Of a DNA stretch of 64,000 nucleotides, positions 12,641 to 24,892 are shown piece after piece. The position numbers were made by a program, and so were the translations under genes. The DNA comes from Octopus vulgaris (lineage: Eukaryota): NCBI GenBank assembly GCA_951406725.2, contig OX597841.1, positions 20,150,001-20,214,000 of the forward strand, in the 5' to 3' direction. The notes beneath the pieces are model-generated. The model searched no databases. It worked only from the letters and a program-made list of their open reading frames with translations, and was not told the DNA's origin. Within the stretch, counting starts at the first letter, position 1; each line of letters starts with the position of its first letter.

Positions 12641-13644
12641 TGGTGCCTTCCTCTCAGATCGCTCCTTCCAAGTCCAAGTTAATGGTTCGCGGTCCGATGT
12701 CTCCAGTGCGGGCAGTGGCGTGCCTCAAGGTTCAGTGCTTGGGCCCTTATTGTTCTTAGTCTTCATAAATGACTTGCCCGACGACCTCACACAACACACC
12801 CTTCTATTTGCCGATGATGTCAAACTGGTCGCTCCTCGCGGTGATATAGAGGATCTTCGTCGATGCCTCCACCAAATTTGGAGGTGGTCTAACGAATGGG
12901 ACCTGTGTCTGAATGTGTCAAAGTGCTGTCATCTGCCTGTTGGCTCTCCTCCTGTAACTCAACTTGATTTCAAGCCGAGTCGTCTGCTGCTGAAGAGGAC
13001 CGATCAGGTAAAGGACCTGGGTATCTTGGTGGATTCCTCCTTTTTGCCTTCGGCCCAGTGCGTCCATGCTGCCAACAAAGCACGCAGAATGCTCACAGCA
13101 GCCATATTCCTACCACTCTATGTCATGCTGGTGAGACACATATTGGAGTACAGGATTCAAGCCTCTTCTCCTTATCTCCTCAAAGACATACAGCATCTCG
13201 AAAAAGTCCAGAAGCTGGCTACCCGCATGGTTCATGGCCTCAAAAATTTGTCTTATGAAGAAAGGCTGAAGACGCTCGACCTTTATTCTCTAGAAAAACA
13301 CCGCCGCCGTGGTGATCTCATTCTTGCTCACAACATCATAAGCGGAAAGTGTAACCTCTCGAAAGAGCTGTTCTTCACTCCTGCTCCAGAGCGTCGGCTG
13401 TGGGGTCATTCCGAAAAGCTCTATCTGCGACGATTTCATCTCAATCGAAGGAGAGGGGCTTTCTCCGTCCGTGGAATAAGCTGCCAGATGAGATGGTGAA
13501 GATGCCAACGACCGCTTTGTTCAAAGTCTCCCTTGACCTCAAGTGGCCTGAACTCTTTACAAGAACACTACCCTGTACATAACTCCATGTCCCCCTACAT
13601 GGCCTTGCTTTTTGCTTTTTGAACCAAAAAATTAACTAACTAAC
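12641..13644 (+). mobile_element. 5'-truncated CR1/L2-group LINE (RT domain to 3' end) inserted into a SINE
   Basis: AFLSDRSFQVQVNG..GVPQGSVLGPLLFLVFINDLPD..LFADDVKL..KVQKLATRMV..RRRGDLI; small deletions and a frameshift near FSVR/WNKLP; (AACT)n tail; the two halves of the SINE (gagactgaac / ggttaggaagcaagc) flank it. Confidence 0.9.
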
Positions 13645-14242
13645 ATCTGGTTAGGAAGCAAGCTTCTTACCACACAGCCATACCTGTGCCTGTATCTTTT
13701 GCTTCTTTCAGTCATTAGACTGTGGCCATGCTGGGGCACCACCTTGAAGAATTCTTAGTCAAATGAGTTGACCCCAATATTTATTTATTTTATTTTTAAG
13801 CCTGGTACTTATTCTTTCAATCTCTTTTGCTGAACTGCTACGTTATGTGGATGTAATTACACCAGTACTGGTTGTCAAACAGTGGTGGGGACAAACGCAG
13901 ACTCAAAGATACACACACATACACACATATATATGATGGGCTTCTTTTTAGTTTCCATCTGCCAAATCCACTTTGGTCAGCCTTGGTTAACTTTCTCTAT
14001 TTTTGTTTTGTTTATTTGTTTCCAGTGCTTTATTTATTTATTTATTCAATACCCTTTTTTGGGGTCATTAAAACAAGGCCCTGTTGTACACTGATGGCCA
14101 AATGATACATTGAGTATGGAGGGTGGGGGAGGAGGAGGAGGATATAGCAAGTGTCAATGCAGTAAAGAAGAGGGGGTCAGTATAGGGAGTTGTTGTTGTT
14201 CAGTCCCCTACCAATCTCTCTCTGTTCAAAAGAACTACACAC

Positions 14243-14633
14243 AGGCGCAGGAGTGGCTGTGTGGTAAGTAGCTTGTTAACCAACCACATGGTTCCAGGTT
14301 CAGTCCCACTGCGTGGCACCTCGGGCAAGTGTCTTCTGCTATAGCCCCGGGCCAACCAATGCCTTGTGAGTGGATTTGGTAGACGGAAACTGAAAGAAGC
14401 CCGTTGTATATATGTATATATATATATGTATGTGTGTGCCTGTGTTTGTCCCCCTAGCATTGCTTGGCAACCGATGCTGGTGTGTTTACGTCCCCGTCAC
14501 TTAGCGGTTCGGAAAAACAGACCGATAGAATAAGTACTAGGCTTACAAAGAATAAGTCCCGGGGTCGATTTGGTCGACTAAAGGCGGTGCTCCAGCATGG
14601 CCGCAGTCACATGACTGAAACAAGTAAAAGAGT
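14243..14633 (+). mobile_element. Full-length tRNA-derived SINE (representative of an abundant family)
   Basis: A-box-like TGGCTGTGTGG, B-box GGTTCAGTCCC, internal (TA/TG)n, tail atgactgaaacaagtaaaaga; further copies e.g. 1280-1650(-), 16818-17200(+), 18005-18385(-), 20945-21275(+), 28050-28420(+), 36180-37052(+). Confidence 0.85.
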
Positions 14634-15724
14634 ATATTTAACCGTTTCCTTACTACACTTCTGTTGAAATGCACAACCTTTGTTTTCGTTCTGGAAATCC
14701 CTCTCTGCTCTCCTCTCCCTCTCTGCTCTGCTCTCCTCTCCCTCCTTCCCCAGCTTTCTTCTTTCCAACTCCTATATTATTGCCCATCTGTATCCATTTA
14801 GGATGGTCTAGAGGGAAATTGGGGTGGGGTGGGGTGTCCATACCAGTGCAATGCATCGGATAACTATGAGGAGGAAGACTGCAGGCTGCTCTTTGCTGGA
14901 AATGTGATGGTACCACCTGATGTTCTCAGGACCCTGCTATCATTTCTACTCCCAAGAGGAGGATGCGGAGGGGCTGGCACAGGACCACCAGCAATGGATG
15001 TGGTTGGCTCTATGCATGAAGACGTCTCTATCAGAGGAAGGTTAATAGAAAATAGTCTTTGTGTGTGACAGATGTGTAGGTACAGTCAACACTAGAAAAT
15101 AGATTTCATTAAATGTTCAGGGGAATATTTAGAAGTTGTAGATAGCTTCCTTTACCGAGGTGCCCAAGTCAGTAGAGGCGGAGGACGCTCTGAGGTCATG
15201 GCTGCTAGATTAAGAGGATTAAAATGGAATGACTCCAACCCCATCAAGCAAGTGCACGAAATGCACCTATCCCTTTATCCACCCTTCATCAGCATTCACC
15301 CCTGCTCATTCCCCTCCTCTCACTTCCACAAATGCTCTTGCACCAACTACTCACTCTCCTGGTTCCTCTGACCCCACCTTGTATCTCGAGGGACCCATCC
15401 TTTCTTCTAAATGGGAGTAGCTATGGAGCTCCTCTACAGCAAGAAACTGCACTGCCTCCTCCTCTTGTATAAAGTCATCCCACCCTTGGAGTTTGTAATC
15501 TTGCAAGCTGCGTGGTGATCTCATTAGTACTCGTGATGAAAAAGCACCCAGTTCGCTCTGTAAAGTATATATTAGCACCGGAATAGATGATTTACTAATT
15601 TCTTCATAATATTTCTAAAGTGATTGAAAAAAATGCAGTGTTTTTCAGCAGAAAAATGGTAGAAAAAGGGTTCAAGTCAACCTTGGTTTGATCTTGTTTG
15701 CTTGTTTCATCAACATCATCATCA

Positions 15725-16380
15725 TCAATATTTCAAATCCGTTTTCCATACCAGCACAGGTTGGATGGATTGACAGGAACTGGATAGGTCAGGGGCCGCA
15801 CCAATTCCATAGTGTGTTCTGGCATGGTTTCTATGGCTGGGTGCCCTTCCTAACACCATCCTCTTTACAGAGTGTACCATGTGCTTTTTACATGGCATCA
15901 GTATTTTTACGCAGTACCAGCACCTTTGCTTTTTATGTAACACCAGCACCCACACCAATGCTTTTTACTTGGCACCTTGGTTTTAGAATCTCATTTCTGT
16001 TGTGATGGCTGGATCCACTTATCTCGGTCCTGTTATCTCCTTCGTAAAGCTCACCATTTTGAGATCAGCCTTCATACTTCATCCCATGTCTTCCTGGGTT
16101 TCCCCCTTCTACAACTTCCCTCCACTTTAATTGATCGGCACTTTATGCAACTGTCCCCATCCATATGCATCATGTGGCCAAGCCAGCACAGCCTTTTCGC
16201 TTGCGCACTGCATTTAATCCTTCTTATGCCTAACTTCTCTCTCAATACACCAGTGCTCTGTCACACATGTGCACTAACACTGCACATCCATCAGAGCATT
16301 CTACTTTCATTTCTCTCCAGCCTTTGCATGCCCTCACATTCAGGGCCCACATCTCACTACCATGCAGCATTGCAATGCTA
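15725..16380 (-). mobile_element. Decayed RTE LINE 3' fragment
   Basis: Homologous to 42460-43600 (tcccatgtcttcctgggt.., gcccttcctaacacc motifs). Confidence 0.65.
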
Positions 16381-16471
16381 GTATCATCTCTGACTAAGCA
16401 ATCTCACTGATATATTTATATATTTTAAACTAACTTACACCGATTGTTGATGTTTTCTTTGCTTCTTACAG

Positions 16472-16560
16472 GCTCACCTTACTGACCGTCTCAACGTGAA
16501 AAACATGGACACTTTGGCCTACCTTTACCTGAAAGAGAAAAAGATGACAGAACTGGAAAG
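16472..16560 (+). CDS. ANAPC7: ANAPC7 coding exon F
   Basis: acag| ... |gtgggt; AHLTDRLNVKNMDTLAYLYLKEKKMTELE(S); phase 0/2. Confidence 0.92.
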
Positions 16561-19021
16561 GTGGGTGCTGTACAGGTGTTAAAAGGGCATTAGTTTTTTG
16601 GTTTATTCTTTTACTGATCTGAGACACTGGGCTGCAGCAAATGTGCAGACTCTGTCTTACAGGGATTCTTTTGTCAATCATAGAGAACAGCCCCTTGCTC
16701 CTCTTCTTGTTTTTTTTATTTCAGTTAGGGAATTAATTTATTGGTCTTTATTGTTTAACAATGCTTTTGCCACACACAGACACACACACACTGGTTCACG
16801 CCAGTAAATATAAATGAGGCATGGCTGTGTGGTAAGAAACTTGCTTCTTAACCACATGGTTCCAGGTTCAGTCCCACTGCATGGTGCCTTGTGCAAGTGT
16901 CTTCTTTAGTGGCAGGTTGACAAGAGCCTTGTGAATGGATTTGCTAAGACAGAAACTAAAGAAACCCATTGTGTATATAAATGTGTGTGTGTCTTTGTGT
17001 TTGTTTCCCACCACTGCTTGACAACCAGTGTTGGTTTGTTCATGTCCCTGTAACTTTACAGTTCAGTAAAAAGTGACTTATACAATAAGTACCAGACTTA
17101 ATATAAAAAAAATACATGCTGGGTTCGATCTGTTCAAAACCTTCAAGGCAAGGCCCCAGCATGGCCACAGTCCAATGACTGAAATAGGTAAAAGATAAGA
17201 TATTCACACACACACACACATGTGCACACAACCAACTCAGTGGCGTAGCTAGAGTGTGTTCTACCTGAGGCAACCCTTGGTGAACCCCAAAACATTACTG
17301 CTACTAATAAAAGCATTGCCCAGGATCAACTGCTCCCTGCTGATACCCCCTCCCACCCTGCTTATTGACATAAGCGAACACAAACACATGCGTAAAATAC
17401 TCCGGCTGCACGTGCAGTGATGGGTGACATATCAACATATACTATGCTTTTGCTAATGATTTTATGTCCCCATGTAGTCAGAAGCAGGCATTGATACTTT
17501 CCCAGCCTTCCGTCCATGACCTCGTCACCCAAGCAGAACATCAAGGTGTAATGGCTAGTGGTGGGAGTAGGACTTGTGAGTATATTTGGTAGACGGTACC
17601 ATGTTAGTGTATACCCAGTACACACTAAAGTGGTTGGTATTAGGAAGGGCATCCATCCATAGAAACCAAGCCAAACCAGACTGGAACCTGGTGCAGCCTA
17701 CCAGCTCTGGTCAAATTGTCCAACCCATGCCAGTATGGTAGATGGAAACTGAAAGAAGCCTATTGTGTGTGTGTGAGTGTGTATCATCATCATCCAGTGT
17801 TTTAAATCCGGGTTTTGTCCCCATTAATGGGGGTGGCCGGATCTACCTCAATGCCATAGCAACCAAGATAGGCAGGTGCAGCCCACCCCAACCTTTGGGC
17901 TGCCTGGTGCCAATTCTCCTTTGCTATCATGAGGCTTTTTTTGGAGCTGGATTTTCTACGAGGAGCTTACCTCCAACCTCAGTTTCTCTATGTATGTATG
18001 CTTTTTCTTTTATTCTCTTATTTGTTTCAGTCATTTGACTGTGGCCATGCTGGAGCACTACCTTTAGTTGAACGAATTGACCCCACAACTTATTCTTTGT
18101 AAGCCTAGTACTTATTCTATCGGTCTCTTTTGCCAAACTGCTAAGTTACGGGGACATAAACACACCAACATTGGTTGTCGAGCAATGGTGGGGGGGACAA
18201 ACACAAACGCATAAACACACACACTCATACACACATATATGAATATATACGATGGGCTTCTTCCAATTTTCTGTCTAGCAAATCCACTCACAAGGCTTTG
18301 GTCAGCCCAAGGCTATAGTAGAAGACACTTGCCCAAGGTACCACGCAGTGGGACTGAACCTGGGACCATGTGGCTGGGAAGCAATAAATAAATAACAATA
18401 GATGGATACTGTGTCAATTCACTACAGCTGTTTCCAACGAATTTTCAATTGATTAAGGGAGAGATTACATCATTCATTTCCTCTCGGAACATTAATATAC
18501 TCAGGTACAGTTAATTGTATACATAACCTGAATATCTTTCTGCCCATACTTCGGTACCTGCATATGTATTTCTCTATATATGTATGTATCTACATATCTA
18601 TATGTGTGTATCTTTGTGTCTGTGTGTGTCTCCTGCCACCACTTGACAACCAGTGTTGGTGTGTTTATGTCCCCATAACTTATCAGTTCAGTAAAAAAGA
18701 TCGATAGAATGAGAACCAGGTTTATAAAAAAAAATAAGTACAGGGATCGATTTGTTTGAGTAAAATGTCTTCAAGGTGGTACTCCAGCATGGCCACAGTC
18801 AAATGACTGAAGCAAATAAAATATAAAAGATACATGGGACGTAGTATTAACAAAAATAATGAATGCAAGTGTATACAGTACATATATTGGAGTTTAAAAG
18901 AAGGGCTGATAATGATGCAATTCTCCTGAAACAGGATCCTTATCGTCCCTTCTTGGGCAACCAAGCAACTGTTTTTCTTATGGCTTATTTGACTGAGTTG
19001 TGTTATTTTGTCCCTTTGCAG

Positions 19022-19148
19022 TTTAGCAAACCATGTGATGGATGGCAACGAACACATCCCTGAGCCATGGGTAGTCATTGGCTACTACTGTATGGCCAAC
19101 AGGAAGGTGGTGAAGGCTGTGCCGAAGGCAGTTTACTTTGCTCAGAAG
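19022..19148 (+). CDS. ANAPC7: ANAPC7 coding exon G
   Basis: gcag| ... |gtaaga; LANHVMDGNEHIPEPWVVIGYYCMANRKVVKAVPKAVYFAQK (EPWVV motif); phase 2/0. Confidence 0.93.
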
Positions 19149-19431
19149 GTAAGACTTCTTACAAGGGTGAGCTGGAGAGAGTTATGTCTATTTTAGGATT
19201 GCTGTGCCCTTAACTCTTTTAATTCCTGCCCATCTGAGATTATCCCTGATTCTAGGATACAAACTTTCTCTTTTAAAGTCATTTAAATTAAAACTTTCCA
19301 GCATAATTACAGGTTGATTTATGTTCCAAATACCACCTTTATCGAGGACAAATTTATTTTACTAAAGTCTTCGTTATTTTCCAAACTAATTGAAACAAAC
19401 AGAAATTTGGTAACAAAAGGGTTGTCTTTAA

Positions 19432-19654
19432 CCCTTTAGTGTTTAAACCGGCCACATCCGGCCCAAAATATTCTACATGTTTTATATTTGAACTGGCCAT
19501 ATCTAGCCTCTCACACCTAACCTACATTGACATTCTAAAAATAACCAATCACACATCATTGAAACCTCAAAGCTATAAGATAATGCATGATTAATTAAAA
19601 ACAATTTGAGTGAAAAAGTATTACATTTAACAGAATAATCTGAACATTAAAGGG
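19432..19654. mobile_element. piggyBac-type MITE
   Basis: TTAA|CCCTTTAG...TAAAGGG|TTAA; related copy at about 40743-40960. Confidence 0.8.
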
Positions 19655-19759
19655 TTAAGGACTTTGAGAACTTTCAGATTGCAGTACCCTAGTCATTAGT
19701 TGGAGGTGCTGTATTGGGTTTTTAGTTGCTCTGCTCTATCCATATAAGGTTTGAGTTTC

Positions 19760-20555
19760 ACAGTATTTCGTCTGTCTTTGAGTTCAAATGCCACTGAGGT
19801 CATCCTTTTGGGGGTCAGTAAAATAAGTACCCTTTGAACTCTTGAGTTGATGTAATCAACTTAGCCCCTACCCCAAACTCGTTGACCTTGTGCCAAAATT
19901 TGAAAGCAATATTTTTTTCCTTCAAGGTAAGCGAGCTGACAGAATCATATCCTCCGCAAAATGCTTAGCAACATTTTGCCCATGTTTACATTCTGAGTTC
20001 AAATTCTGTCATGGTCAACTTTGCTTTTCATCTGTTTGGAGATCGATAAAATAAGTACCTGTTTAGCCCTGGGGTTGATTTTATTTATTTATTTCCCGAA
20101 ATTTCTGGCTGTGTGCCAAGATTTAAAACCATTGTTATTGTTGTTGCTAAGTGAGCAAGCTGACCGAATCCTTAGCTGACCAGACGAAATGCTGAGCAGC
20201 TTTTTGTCCATCTTTACGTTCTGAGTTCAAATTCCACCAGTGTCGACTTTGCCTTTCATCTTTTGGGGGTTGCTAAAATAAGTACCACTTGAGTACTTAA
20301 CCCCACTCCCCTCATGCCAGAAATTCAACCCGTTATTGTTGAGGTGGCAAGCTGACCGAATCCTTAGTATGCTGGGCAAAATGCTTCACCATATTTCATC
20401 CATCTTTATGTTTTGAGTTCAAATTCTGGCAGGGTTGACTTTGCCTTTCATCCTTTTTGGGTCAATAAAATAAGAACCAGTTGAGCATTGGGGGTCAATC
20501 TAATTGACTTAGCCCCCATCCCTGAAATTTCTGGCCTTGTGCCAAAAGTTGAAGC
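19760..20555 (+). mobile_element. Cluster of about 4 tandem copies of a second tRNA-derived SINE family
   Basis: Repeated gagttcaaatt..gtcaactttgcctttcatcct..gataaaataagtacc..ccttgtgccaaaatttgaa; also at 60018-60212(+), 10575-10760(-) and 62990-63395(-). Confidence 0.75.
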
Positions 20556-20645
20556 TATTATTATTATTATTATTATTATTAGTATCCTTATTTTTATTAT
20601 TATTGCTGTTGTTGTTGATTCTGCTATTTTATGTTTATCCTTTAG

Positions 20646-20787
20646 GCATACACTATTGATAACCGAAACATTGAAGCATTGCTCTTAAAGGGTTTTGCAT
20701 TGCTTGAGCTGAAGAAGATGCAAGATGCTGCATCACATTTTAGGGAAGCCATCACGCTGGCCCCATACAGGTTTGAAGCGCACAAAG
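20646..20787 (+). CDS. ANAPC7: ANAPC7 coding exon H
   Basis: ttag| ... |gtaaat; AYTIDNRNIEALLLKGFALLELKKMQDAASHFREAITLAPYRFEAHK (TPR; ALLLKG and HFREAI motifs); phase 0/1. Confidence 0.95.
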
Positions 20788-21314
20788 GTAAATTTCAGTC
20801 CCCTCTTTTTTGTGGAAGGTCAAGCTGTGTGTGTGTGTGTGTGTGAGTTAGTAGGTATATAGCAGTTTTTATATGCACCTCGATTGGTCCTAATTCATAT
20901 CAAGTGTGTGTGTGTGTGTGTGTATAAATATATGTACATATAGGCATAGTAAGAAACTTGCTTCCCCAACATGTTTCTGGGTTCAGTCTCACTTTGTGGA
21001 ACTTAGGCAAGTGTCTTCTACTATAGCCTCAGGCCAACCAAAACTTTGTGAGTCGATTTGGTAGACGGAAGCTAAAAGAAGCCCGTCATATATCTATGAT
21101 TGTGTGTCTGTGTTTGTCCCCCCACCGTCGCTTGACAACCGATACTAGTGTATTTACATCCCCGTAACTTAGCAGTTCAGTAAAAGAAACCAAAAGAGTA
21201 AGTACTTGGCTTACAAAGAATAAGTCCTAGAGTCAATTTCTTTCATGTGGTCATAGTCAGATGGCTGAAACACATAAAAAAATACGTACATGATTAGCAT
21301 AAAGAAATTTGCTT

Positions 21315-23550
21315 TCAGATCCTAAATGTTATTCACCCCAGTTGGTCTGAGCACAACTTGCTCCATGAATAGGGCATTGGTGAGGTTGAGCAGGGACTCC
21401 ACCTGTACTTGTTTGCAATGAGTCATTCCTGAAAGCATGAGGCCTTTGGGCCATTTGACATTGGGGAAGTTGGAATTACCCATAAGAAATATGCTCAGGG
21501 GATGTTCCTGTTTCATGAGGATTTCTTTTATTGTGAAACAATCTTCAAACTTGCATATGTGGTTTGGAGCATCCATAGGGCAATACGTATTGTATATGAC
21601 GATATTGTATTGCCTTGTGTATGCAAGTAGAGTGTCATATACTGAATTTGAGTATGGCAGTAGGACCTAAGGTGTGAGGTCCTCGCGGATGTATACAGCA
21701 ACTCCACCATGGCTCCTTTCCTTTCTGTCTCTTGTACTTCTGCATCCTTTATATCAGGGCTCAGATGAGTTTCTATGAGTGCTATGCATAGGGCTTAATT
21801 GCATGCAGCAAAGGCTCTCAGGAAAAAGATTTTGCTTTTGTTGTGATGCAGTAGGCCTCCACTATTTAGTAAAAATACTGGCGTGACGATTGTGCAGGCG
21901 TTAGAGGAAGCCATCCCAGCGTGACGATTGTGCAGGCGTTAGAGGAAGCCATCCCATGTCTGTCGATTGTGATGGTCTTGCACAGTGGTGTGCAAGGTTC
22001 TGTGTTTGCGCTTGATGCAGCCAGGTCAGCTGCTACGCAATCTTTTGCGCCTTGCCCAAAATGACTCTTGCTCAGCTGCTGTCTTGCACATAATATCTGA
22101 AGACCGCACTGCATTTGTATGCTTTCTCTGTTGAGACTATTGGTGTCTTTCCTCAAGGAAGAATTTCTCCTTAAGGCTTCTGCAGTTTTTGGGAGTCTTG
22201 GGTGAACAAACCAGCAGTTTGTACTGTCTTCCCCATGCCAACATTTGCCTTGCAGGTAAAATTTGCATGTCCTTCACTTCACTCCAAATATTTTTTCTCC
22301 CCTAGGCTTTCGGATTCCATTGGAGCTTCCACGTTTGAGTTGGTTTTTGTTTGGTGGTTTTGGGTTTCAATTTTAGTTGTTTCATTTTTCCTTTCTGTCC
22401 CCTTCTTTGTTTATGTTTGTGGTCTTTCCTTCCTTTACTGGTGGTAGCACTTGCATTCCTCTTCTGGTTGTCCAATGGGGTGACGGCTCCATTCCTTTGT
22501 AGGACCACTTACATTCCTCTTCTGGTTGTACAATGGGGTGAGGGCTCCATTCCTTTGTACACTTGCATTCTCTTCTGGGGTGAGGGCCATTCCTTTGTAG
22601 GACCATTCCTTTGTTGTCAATGGGGTAGGGCTCCACCACTTGCATTCCTCTTCTGGTTGTCCAATGGGGTGACGGCTCCATTCCTTTGTAGGACCACTTG
22701 CATTCCTCTTCTGGTTGTCCAATGGGGTGACGGCTCCATTCCTTTGTAGGACCACTTGCATTCCTCTTCTGGTTGTCCAATGGGGTGACGGCTCCATTCC
22801 TTTGTAGGACCACTTGCATTCCTCTTCTGGTTGTACAATGGGGTGAGGGCTCCATTCCTTTGTAGGACCACTTGCATTCCTCTTCTGGTTGTACAATGGG
22901 GTGAGGGCTCCATTCCTTTGTAGGACCACTTGCATTCCTCTTCTGGTTGTCCAATGGGGTGAGGGCTCCATTCCTTTGTAGGACCACTTGCATTCCTCTT
23001 CTGGTTGTACAATGGGGTGACGGCTCCATTCCTTTGTAGGACCACTTGCATTCCTCTTCTGGTTGTCCAATGGGGTGAGGGCTCCATTCCTTTGTAGGAC
23101 CACTTGCATTCCTCTTCTGGTTGTACAATGGGGTGAGGGCTCCATTCCTTTGTAGGACCACTTGCATTCCTCTTCTGGTTGTCCAATGGGGTGAGGGCTC
23201 CATTCCTTTGTAGGACCACTTGCATTCCTCTTCTGGTTGTCCAATGGGGTGACGGCTCCATTCCTTTGTAGGACCACTTGCATTCCTCTTCTGGTTGTAC
23301 AATGGGGTGACGGCTCCATTCCTTTGTAGGACCACTTGCATTCCTCTTCTGGTTGTCCAATGGGGTGAGGGCTCCATTCCTTTGTAGGACCACTTGCATT
23401 CCTCTTCTGGTTGTCCAATGGGGTGAGGGCTCCATTCCTTTGTAGGACCACTTGCATTCCTCTTCTGGTTGTCCAATGGGGTGAGGGCTCCATTCCTTTG
23501 TAGGACCACTTGCATTCCTCTTCTTCACCTACCCCTATCCTCATCAGCCA
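21315..23550 (-). mobile_element. LINE 5' fragment: ORF1 remnant with CCCH zinc finger plus decayed APE endonuclease
   Basis: Minus: CKFYLQGKCWHGEDSTNCWFVH (22202-22267); APE motifs IETHL, SHGGVAVYIRED, MGNSNFP (GDFN-like), PTGVNNI*DL. Confidence 0.75.
22447..23520. repeat. 58-bp minisatellite, about 18 units
   Basis: Unit ccacttgcattcctcttctggttgt[c/a]caatggggtga[g/c]ggctccattcctttgtagga; register shifts 2 nt per 60-nt line. Confidence 0.97.
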
Positions 23551-24162
23551 GTGTGTTTGTATATGCGTGCATCATTACATTTGTCTACATCTTTCACTGC
23601 TTAACAAGTGAGGTTGGTTTGTTTATGTCCTGTAACTTATCAGTTTGTCCTCGTATGGCTGCAGTTAAATCACTGAAGGACATAAAAATATGTTTCATAT
23701 ATATATATAGGTGCAGGCATGGCTGTGTGGTATGAAGCTTGCTTCCCAACCACATGGTTCCAAGTTCAATACTCCTGCATGGCATCTTGGCTTTGTGGCT
23801 TTGTGCCAGGGGATGAGCAGAAGGACAGTAATCTATGAAACATTCAAAATACCTATTTTCCAGAAAGTTACGAGGGGGATATGTTGGGACCGGTAAATTT
23901 TCTGAAACTCCCCTCCCCAACCCCTTGGAAAAGTTTTTTCAACAAATCTTTACATACACTCAATTTACAGGATACATGCAATTATTTGGTGACAGTTTTG
24001 TTAAAAAGTGTCCATTTTTCTGGAAGTTATGAGGCAACAAAGTTGATGGGGGTATTAAACTGTAGTTATGCCTTTTTTCAATAAAACTTAATGCTAACAT
24101 TTTCAAAGAATTAACAGATTAAGAAAGTTAACTTTTTGATTAACGGTGCCTGACTCTGTATA

Positions 24163-24817
24163 CCTATATATATAAAACTGAGAATGTGTGTCTGTCTGTA
24201 TGTGTGAATCCCTAAAACTTGAGAACTACACAACCAATTTCATTCAAATTTTACTCATGTCTTACTTAGGGTCCATATAGTGTCTTGGGCAAAAAAAATT
24301 TTAACTTCTTGCCTAGTGCGAGCCCACAGCAATATCACAACTTCTCCACTATTTCAATATTATGTGTTAAAAGTGAAACAAAAGCATCTCTCTATTGTAA
24401 TGTCACAGGCTTTCACTTTAATACTGAAACTATTAAAGTCAAACTATTATATAACAGGGATGAACCATTAACAGTGGACATCCATTTTGCTAGAAGATCC
24501 GCTATGGTCTTATATGCTACACCACTGGTTTTCAATTCATATTAATCAAATTAATATTCAATTTTTCACCCTTATTATTTTAAATTTAAATTTACATGTG
24601 TATATATATATAGATATATATATATATAATATATATAGATAGATAGATGTATACATATGGATGTATATATATATATATATATATATACACATGTATATAT
24701 ATATGGATGTATACATGTATATGTATATGTATACATGTATGTGTAGATTTATATATATATATAGATGTGCATGTAATATGTACACATATATATACACATA
24801 TGTACATGTATACATAT

Positions 24818-24892
<75 letters not shown>

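Noticed and set aside
19100-19135. Short VKAV/PKAV micro-duplication in exon G
   Set aside because: Small in-frame indel in a loop; unremarkable without orthologue alignments
22382-23544. 303-377 aa repeat proteins as host genes
   Set aside because: Products of a 58-bp minisatellite read in three frames; no splice or homology support
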